Positions 45,950 through 64,000 of a DNA stretch of 64,000 bases are shown piece after piece. Source of the DNA: the human T2T-CHM13v2.0 reference genome, Homo sapiens; the NCBI RefSeq assembly GCF_009914755.1, contig NC_060934.1; one strand, given 5' to 3'. A program made the translations under genes and the position numbers. Under the pieces are notes generated by a model, which was not told the origin of the DNA, searched no databases, and worked only from the letters and a program-made list of their open reading frames with translations. Within the stretch, counting starts at the first letter, position 1; every line of letters starts with the position of its first letter.

Positions 45950-47130
45950 GGGGGCTTTAGGAAGAGAAAGAAATAAATTCAGAGGAAACATGGACAATTC
46001 AGGGCATGAAAGAACATACAAGGACATGAAAGAAAAATTCAAAGAAAAAAACTACAGTAAATATCTTCAGAGAGGTCAAGAAAACATAATGCATAAATAA
46101 AACAAGAAGAGGAGGCTATAAAGAAAGAAACATTTGGAAACTAAAAAAGAATGCTTGGAATTAAAATATAATTGTGGAAATTGAAAATTTAATGGAAGGA
46201 TCAGAAGAAGAACTATCCCATAAAGTAAACGAGAACACAAAGATGTAGACTATTAGAAGGAACAGGAAAACTAGTGAATTAGTTCAGAAGAGTTAATATT
46301 CAATTAATAGGAGTCCCAGAAACTAAGAAAACAAGGGGAAATAGATGATGAAAGAAATGCTATAAAAACATTTCCCACATTTGAGCGTCCAATGAAATTA
46401 CTGAAAAAACTCAGAGCCCTCAATCTTGCACCATTCACAAAAGTTGATTTCAGGTGTATTATACAACTGCATATGAAAAGGCAAAATAATTAAGCTTTAA
46501 GGAGCTAACATCCTCATGATTTGGAGGTATGGAAAGAATTCTAAAACAGGGTTCAAAGAACTCCAATTATAAAGGAGAAGAACACTTTCACATTTGACTA
46601 CCTTAAAATTAATAATTTCAAAAGACGTTATTAAGACAATAAAAAAGCAAGACAGAGAGTGGAAGAATATATCTGCAACATGTATAACCAACATAGGACT
46701 CCTATCAAGAATGTAAAAGGAACTCCTATTAAAAAGACACTCCAATAGAAAAAGGACTTTGACAGGCAATCCACACAAAAGGAAACCCAATGGCCAATGA
46801 ACACATGAAAAGATGCTCATTTTTAATCAGAGAAATACAGTTTTAAAACACAATGAGAAAAGTGTGAACCTGAATGTAAAGTATAGGCTTTAGTTAATAA
46901 TAATGTATCATTATTCGTTCATCAGTTGTAATATGTGTACAACACCAAGTCAAGATGTTAATGACAGGAAAAACCAGAGAGTGGGATATGGGGGCAGACA
47001 CAGAGTATACGGGAACTCTGTACTTTCTGTTTGTAAACTTAAAACTGCTCTAAGAAATAAAGTCTATTAATTAAACACATATACACACATGAGATATCAC
47101 TACAAACACATCAGATTGATTTAAAAAGCA
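45950..47130 (+). mobile_element. Very old L1M/L1ME fragments
   Basis: Decayed ORF1-like (aataggagtcccagaaa), ORF2-like (atgaaaagatgctca) and 3'UTR-like (gggaactctgtactttctg...aaaactgctctaagaaataaagtc) pieces. Confidence 0.6.
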
Positions 47131-47850
47131 AGTTTCTTTTGGTTTTTATTTATTCTCAAAAAATATAGGTAGAAACAAAGAAATTCAGAGGTTAACGTAT
47201 ACTATTTATACAAACAAAAATGTATATGTTTTAAAACTGAACTAGTGTGATTATATATTTTTTGGACCAAATTGCTGGGAACTCAAAGACCAGGTCTTTT
47301 CAAATGAAAAATAAAAGCACAGTGGTACAAAAGGATAACTGGAAAGCACAGAGGAAGAATTCTACACGGTGTGGGGGAAACAGCACTGTATTAGGGCCTC
47401 TGGAACTCAAATCTCCCTAAACCTACATAGCAGGTGAGAGGCAGAACAGAATTAAACTCAAGTCTCCTGACTTCCAATCTAGCATACATCCTCATCATGC
47501 TATTTCTATCCTCTGTGCAGTTACTGATTAAAGAATTAATAGGGGTAGAGATCAGAAAGAGGAAAAAAAAAACCCAAGATGATTTCATTAAGGCCAAGTC
47601 GATCTTCATTAAAGAGGATTCTTTCTAATAAGATATAAACCAACATTTCCTACTGAGGTCTCAGAGCTATATTTTATGTATGTATGTTACTATGTAATTA
47701 TACCTCCAATATCTTAAATCATAAGGGCACACAAACTACATGAGATAAAGTTAGAAGTAGGTATAATTATTTTATCTACGTCTGTACTATTTGAAAACTT
47801 AACAAGAAACAATTCTTATTTTTATAACTAGTAAAAATAAAGATAGTAGG

Positions 47851-48150
47851 GGCCAGGCGCGGTGGCTCATACCTGTAATCCCAACACTTTAGAAGGCCAA
47901 GGCAGGCAGAGGCCACAAGTTCAAGACTAGCCTGGGCAACATGGCGAAACCCAAACTCTACTAAAAATACAAAAATCTAGCCAAGTGTAGTGGTGCGTGC
48001 CTGTAGTCCCAGCTACTCGGAGGTGGGTAGGGTAGGGGTGGTAGAGGGTGGGGGTGAGGTGGGAAGATGGCTTGAGCCCAGAAGGTCAAGGCTGTGGTGA
48101 GCCCCGATCATGCCACTGCACTCCAGCCTGGTTAACAAAAAGAGACTGTG
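47851..48150 (+). mobile_element. AluJ/old S with an internal G-rich expansion at about 48019-48065
   Basis: Dimer with extra gggtagggtaggggtggtagagggtggggg. Confidence 0.85.
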
Positions 48151-48399
48151 TTGAAAGAGAAGAGAAGAGAAGGAAACATTTCTAGTGCAATTGATTGAGA
48201 TTAATTACATTAACAATGATTCCCTGTTTATGTACAATTGGCTGAAATATAGATACAAAGGGAATGTGTTCCAAAAATTATATGAACAAATGAAGTTGAA
48301 AAACAACAAATGGTTGACCTCATTTTTATCAAGTATGTAAAATATTTACAAAACACCTGGAATATTATATTTTAAAATGTTAAGAAATAGAAAGGGCAG

Positions 48400-51384
<2,985 letters not shown>

Positions 51385-51593
51385 TCAACATGGCAAAACC
51401 CCATCTATACTAAAAATACAAAAATTAGCTGAGTGTGGCAGTGCATGCCTGTAGTCCCAGCTACTCAGGAGGCTGAGGCATGAGAATCACTCGAACCCAG
51501 GAGATGAAGGTTGCAGTGAGCCAAGATTACACCAGTACACTCCAGCCCGGGCGACAGAGCAAGACTTCATCTCAAAAATAATAATAATAATAA
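51385..51593 (+). mobile_element. Alu, 5'-truncated, with (AAT)n tail
   Basis: Begins mid-left-arm (caacatggcaaaacccc) directly after L1 ORF2. Confidence 0.9.
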
Positions 51594-51991
51594 ATTAGGC
51601 TGTTGTATTTTCTTCCTAGCATATTTATCACTATTTGAAGTTGTCTCATTTGCTCATTTGTTTATTATTTGTCTTCACTACTAAAGTGTAAGCTCCATGC
51701 AGGAGGGACACTTGCCTATGTTATTTCATGGCTGGATTCCCAGTACCTAGAACATGCCTAACATATATTTTAAAAATTCCCCAATAAATACCTATACCTG
51801 TCAAAACTGGAAAACGAATTGTCTCATGAATTGAAGACAATTTGATCCTTACTGTGTTGCTTTTAAGTTATCTAGTTTGGCTGCTGACACAGCCCAGATT
51901 GAAAACTGTCACTGTCTCAGTTAGGGAGGATGTAGGGTAGTATACAGCACAATGACCATTTCATGCTGGAATTCAGGCAAAAGTGATGCCC

Positions 51992-52356
<365 letters not shown>

Positions 52357-55027
52357 TTATGGTAAAGCTTCTGAGCAGAACTCAGCAGCTTGCCCAGGAG
52401 TTTGCAGCATTTCAGAGCCATGCACTGGACAGCTATCAAAACTGTGTCATGTGCCTTGAGCCTTGAGGACTATAGAAGCAAATAAACATCAGTCATCTTG
52501 GCTGCACATGTGTCGGACACTGCTAAAGTCAACACCCCTTCCATAAGGAGTGTGCATTTCAGTTTCCATCTGCCAAATCATATTGGTTGTCAGAGATTGA
52601 AGCCAACATGATTCATAAATGTTAATTTGGCAGAGGATCAGGAATTCCCCAACTTCATGTCAACTAGGCTTCCATCTGTCCAAGGAAGCCAACAGTCTGC
52701 TTTCTCCTATCTCTTAATAAAAGGCTGAGAAGATGAGCAATGGTGATCAGCAAAGCTTGTAGGAAACATGTGCGCTATCTACAATCAAAACTGCAATCTA
52801 TGATCAGGATCAGCGGGTTCCTATTTGGTAATAAGTACCTTGTCAAAACAGACAAGCACTTAGTTCATATCTCTCCAGTAAATGTTCTCAAAAGCAGCCC
52901 CAAGTCACTAGAAACAATAGGATGAGAGAGAACAAGGCAATATTCTCTTTGCATAACAAATCTTAGTAAATTGTAAACACATCAGAGTCACTTATTCCTC
53001 ACATAATTGACTCCTACCTTTTCTCTTTCACGTTATTTTTCTTTTACATTAAATATGCCTTACTAAAGTGGTGGGTCCTTAATTAGCATCCTCATGTAAA
53101 CATAGGCCTTGTTTTATTTGAAAAAGATTAAAAAGGTGGTGACTCACTTTAATAGGAAAACCCACAAACAATGAATGCAATGCCCTTTAATCCATAGTTG
53201 CTGTTCCAATCCCACGTAGAATTATAAAAGGTCCCCATAAAATCCCATTAACCTGCCCAAGACCTCTCTCTTAATAGCTCTCTGCCTTTTCCATGCAGAT
53301 GTACAGCATGATTGAAGTAGATGAAATATGAAGTGATTTCACACTGTGGGGTTAGAGAAAGAAGGCGAAGTCCAGTAAGGGCATGGAGCATATGAATTTC
53401 TAGATGTGCCCAAATAAAGAAGAGATGTGGACAGGTAAGTCAGAAGTAGTAGCCTGAAAAGACCATGGGGCCAGGTGAGTCAAGAAGGGTGGGTGTTTTC
53501 AGAGTCGCTGGAGAAGGCAAGTCCACAATAAGACTGAGAAGAGACTGGAAAGAAAGATGCTTGTGGTGGAGTCCGCAATTGTTCCCATACAATTTGGGCC
53601 ACAGAGGCCACTGTAGCCAGCTGGGGCCACAGCAACAGGAAGGAGTGGGAGGCCTGAGCAGAGGCTGTGGAGGAAGACAAGTCTATCACCAGAGGCTGGA
53701 AGTGAAGGAGGAAGTCGAGAGCAAGCCAAAACCCCAGGGTATCAAATGCTTCTCATTTGAGAAGTCTGCAAGAAATCAGCACAAGGAAGACATGTTGAGA
53801 GGAAATAAACAGCAATGTCTTGTTCAGTTACAAAATAATTAAGAAATGGAATTTTACTCTTGTGCCTCCCCAATACACAATTTTCTCAGCTTCAGCTCCC
53901 ATCTCCATGAGGCCTCAAAATTAGTCATCAGATTTTACCACTCTTTCCCATATCTACACAAAATAGTTCAAGTTCAAACAGCTCTGAAAGTCTCTTTTCC
54001 GTTGCTTCAAATTCTTGGTCCTGAAACTAAGCAGCCAGAATCAGCCTGTCAAAACAAAACAAAAAAAGCTCCCCAAAAGGTCACTGATCATTGCTTAAAA
54101 CAGTCAATCTCATGTAAAGAGTCCATTAACTAGTTGGAAAGAGGCTCTTAACTAATGCCTTTCCTTATTACCTGTTCCCTGGTTCATCAAGTTCTCTAAC
54201 CCTAAAACACAAACATACTTTCCAACCCACCCTTCATCTGGCCCATAATCAAACACAGTAAGTGAAAGAAAAAATATATATATTATTGTACCCTGGACAA
54301 CCCTTATTTTCATAAAAGTAGTAACTGGCTCCATGAATAGATTTTCCGCTTTTTCCAAGTTGGTACATACGGAACCATTATTGCTTTTGATGTTGACATA
54401 AATACTCACTATAAGGCCTAAAAGTATTCAGAAAATTACAGAATATACAGTGTTACAGACTAGGAAGAAAGTACTCTCCCAGGCTAGTTGTAATTAACAA
54501 AGATGACCAGCCAAAACCTTGGTGAGTGAACAAACCCAAAAAGGAGATTTATTTTATGCTAAAAACCAAGATGGGGGAGGAAGGTGGATGAGAGAAGCAG
54601 AAAGACATATGCTGGGGCCTGATTACAATGTTTCTAGAGTCTAATCCACTGCCAACAAGCCCTGGTTCTCTGGTTCTGCTTCACTGGGCAGAGGAACATG
54701 CAGCCCCGAGCACCAGAGCATGATCGGAGGGACCCAGGGTACAGAGTGTGCCAGGGAGCATAAGTCTCAAGGCAAGAAGGATGAAGACCCAGGTGAAGGC
54801 TGAGCAGACAGAGCAAATGGGGGTTGCCATCAACCTCTGAATTGATACAGCTTGATTCTGAGTGTCAAGCATTTTTAATTATACATGTTATACATAATTG
54901 ATGCAGAAAAAGGAGAAAATGGAGCAAAAAGACAATAAAAATCATCCACATCTGCCACCCAAATAGGCACTACTTTTATTTGGAATACTTTGAATAATTA
55001 TTTTATATACTTATAATGTATGTAAAT

Positions 55028-61560
<6,533 letters not shown>

Positions 61561-61569
61561 AACAAATAA

Positions 61570-63008
61570 AATTTAAAAACAAACAACAATTAAAAACAGA
61601 ATTGCCATACAATCCAGCAATTCCACTTTCAGATATATACCCAAAAGAATTAAAAGCCAGGACTCAAACAAATGTTTGTACACCCATGTTCATAGACACA
61701 TTATTAACAATAGCCCCAAAGAGGAAGCAACCCAAATGTTCATTAATAGATGAATGGATAGGCAAAATGTGGCACATAATGGATTACGCAGCCTTATAAA
61801 GGAAGGACATTCTGATATATACTACACAATAAATGAAGCCTGAAGACATTATGCTAAGTGAAAAAGCTAGTCACAAAACTACAAACATTGTATGATTCCA
61901 CTTATGTGAGGTCCTTAGGGTAGTCAAACTCATAGACACAAAAAGTAGAATGGTGGTTGCCAGGGCCTGAGGGAGAGCAGAAAGGGGAGTTAGTATTTAA
62001 TGGGCACAGAGTTTCAGTATGGGAAGATGAAAAAGTTCTGGAGATGGATGGTGGTGATTAATACACAACAATGCGAATGGTGAACATACTTCTGACATAG
62101 TGAGAAATATTTGGTCTCTGCGCTCCCCATCATAAGGAATTTTAAGAAAACTTCAAATCTTGTAGGTGATGTTTCTTTTTGCACACTAATGAGATGACTA
62201 GTGTCTGCAGGCTCCTGGGCAGCCTCAGGTTGGAGGATGTTTGCAGAGAAGCCAAACTTGTGATTAGAGGGTTGGAACTTTCTGCCCCAACCCAAGCCAC
62301 CCTTGACCTTAGGGGAAGGAATAGGGCCTGAAGATTGACTTAACCACCAATGGTTAATGATTATTGCCTATGCAATTATGCCTCCATTAAAACCCAAAAG
62401 GACAGTGTTCAGAGAGCCTCCAAGCTGGTGAACAAGAATGCATCCACAAGCCAAAGGTCCAGTAAGAGAGAAGCTTGGGAATCTCCCGGACCTTGCCCTA
62501 CGTACCTCTTCATCTGGCTGTTCATCTGTATCTTTCAATATATCCTTTGTAATAAACTGCTAATCTAGTAAGTAGATTGGTTTTCTGAGTTCTGTGAGCC
62601 ATTCTAGCAAAAGATCGAACCCAAGAGGGGGTTGGAACCTCTGATTTAAAGCAGGTTGGGTCAAAGTATGGGTGCCAACCAGGACGTGGAATTGGCATCT
62701 GAAGTGGGGGCTGTCTTATGGGATGGAGTCCTTAATCTGTGGGATCTGCTATCTCCAGGTAGATAGTTTCAGAACTGAGTTAAATTGCAGGACACCTAGG
62801 TGGTATCTGTAGAGAACTGGAGGACTACTCAGTGTGGAAAACCCCATACCTTTGATGTCAAAGTTTTCTCAAGTATTGAGAATAGACTAGACAGGAAAAC
62901 AGTTTGTTTTTCCTATTGAGTACTTAATGACACAGAATTGTACCCTTAATAATGGTTAAAATGGTAAATTTTATGTTATGTACACTTAACCATAATTTAA
63001 AAAAAAAT
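61570..63008 (+). mobile_element. L1MB-like 3' end, interrupted by a MER21 LTR
   Basis: acagaattgccatacaatccagcaattccac...gtagaatggtggttgccagggc..., resuming about 62920 with tacttaatgacacagaattgtac...atggtaaattttatgttatg and an A tail. Confidence 0.75.
62080..62918 (+). mobile_element. MER21-family LTR
   Basis: aataaactgc...ttctgagttctgtgagccattctagcaa...ggcatctgaagtggggg...ctgtgggatctg. Confidence 0.7.
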
Positions 63009-63871
63009 GAAACCGCGATCATTTAATCTATATTGCTCTTTTCACATAATGATACCATGGATGTATACTTATGTTAATAAATGTACTCTGTCTGATCATT
63101 TTAATGGTTGCAAAGTATTTGATTGTTTGAATGCACTGTAACTGACTTCACCAATCCCCTCTTGTTGGACAGTTACGTTGTCTCTGATTTCTCTCTCCCA
63201 AAAAGATGTGTGATTCAATCATGTGACATATCAGGTCACACTGCATTCCTGATGGTTCTTCCTTTGGACTCACTGTGGTCATTCACAAATATTTTGAAAA
63301 TCTGACACTAAAATTAGAGAATATCATATTTCCTCACCATTAAAAATATTTATTTACCACTTGCATCTGTAATGAATTAATAACAAATATAATGATTAAT
63401 ACTTAATATATTTATAAAATGTATACCTTGAAACATCACAGAAGATAAAAAGTTAGACTTGTTACTAATCAAATGTGACTTGATGGGTAAAAATCAAAAT
63501 ATTTAGCAAGAGACTGATAACACTGAGAAATCAGAGACCAGTAGAACAAGGGACTAGTCAGACCAGTGCCCACCAGCTGACAATTAGCCCTGACCCCAAA
63601 GAAACCATTTAAACCAGGAGTATGTGGTTAAATGGGCATTCTTAAGTAAAACTTTCTGGAAAGGTCCTATATTTTGTTGGTTGCTCAAAGAAGGAGAGGC
63701 ATATATGGGAAAAAAGAAGTCAGATTCTGGATGGATAAAAGTGTGATATCCCTGTGAGACCTCTAAGTGGACCTGTTAGATGAACTGGTCAAGAGCCTAG
63801 GAGAGAGATCTAGTGTCCAGATGTATACTTGGAGATCAGATCATTCAGTTGATAACTGAAATCCTAAAGAG

Positions 63872-64000
63872 CAGGGCTTCTCAGATTTTCCTAGGTACCA
63901 CCTGCTAAATGGCGGATTCAGATTTGGCAGATTTGGGTGGAATCTGAAATTCACATTTCTGACAAGCTCACAAGTGACGCCTTCACTGGTCTACAGACCG
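63872..64000. mobile_element. MER5-like hAT fragment
   Basis: cagggcttctcag...ctgaaattcacatttctgacaagctcacaagtgacgc. Confidence 0.5.

Noticed and set aside
53465-53842. 125-aa ORF
   Set aside because: No recognisable motif or splice context; the purine-rich sequence is consistent with an old repeat.

Overview
Human (or closely related ape) genomic DNA lying inside the minus-strand gene SLC16A12 (MCT12, a creatine/monocarboxylate transporter; chr10q23 from recall). The only supportable coding sequence is one 246-nt exon (12222-12467, minus) carrying 46 nt of 5'UTR and the first 200 nt of CDS (MPSGSHW...[24 protein letters not shown]...AVTR). The rest is intron, dense in transposon fossils: about 20 Alus, a decayed full-length L1PA (about 55275-61560), a rearranged L1PB, two 5'-inverted L1s, MaLR/ERVL LTRs, hAT and Tigger DNA transposons, L2/MIR and microsatellites. 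Almost all ORFs in the track are repeat-derived or chance. I see no new multi-gene system. The most interesting unexplained structures are: (1) a 104-bp inverted duplicate of an L1 5' junction plus its TSD that brackets a 2.8-kb segment and suggests an old staggered-break inversion; (2) three uATGs around a weak Met1 and a strong Met31; (3) a clean plus-strand exon signature overlapping the start region; (4) an L1 antisense promoter pointing at the start-codon exon; (5) several hairpin-forming template-switch scars. Repeat subfamily names come from recalled consensus sequences and boundaries are approximate unless a TSD is given.
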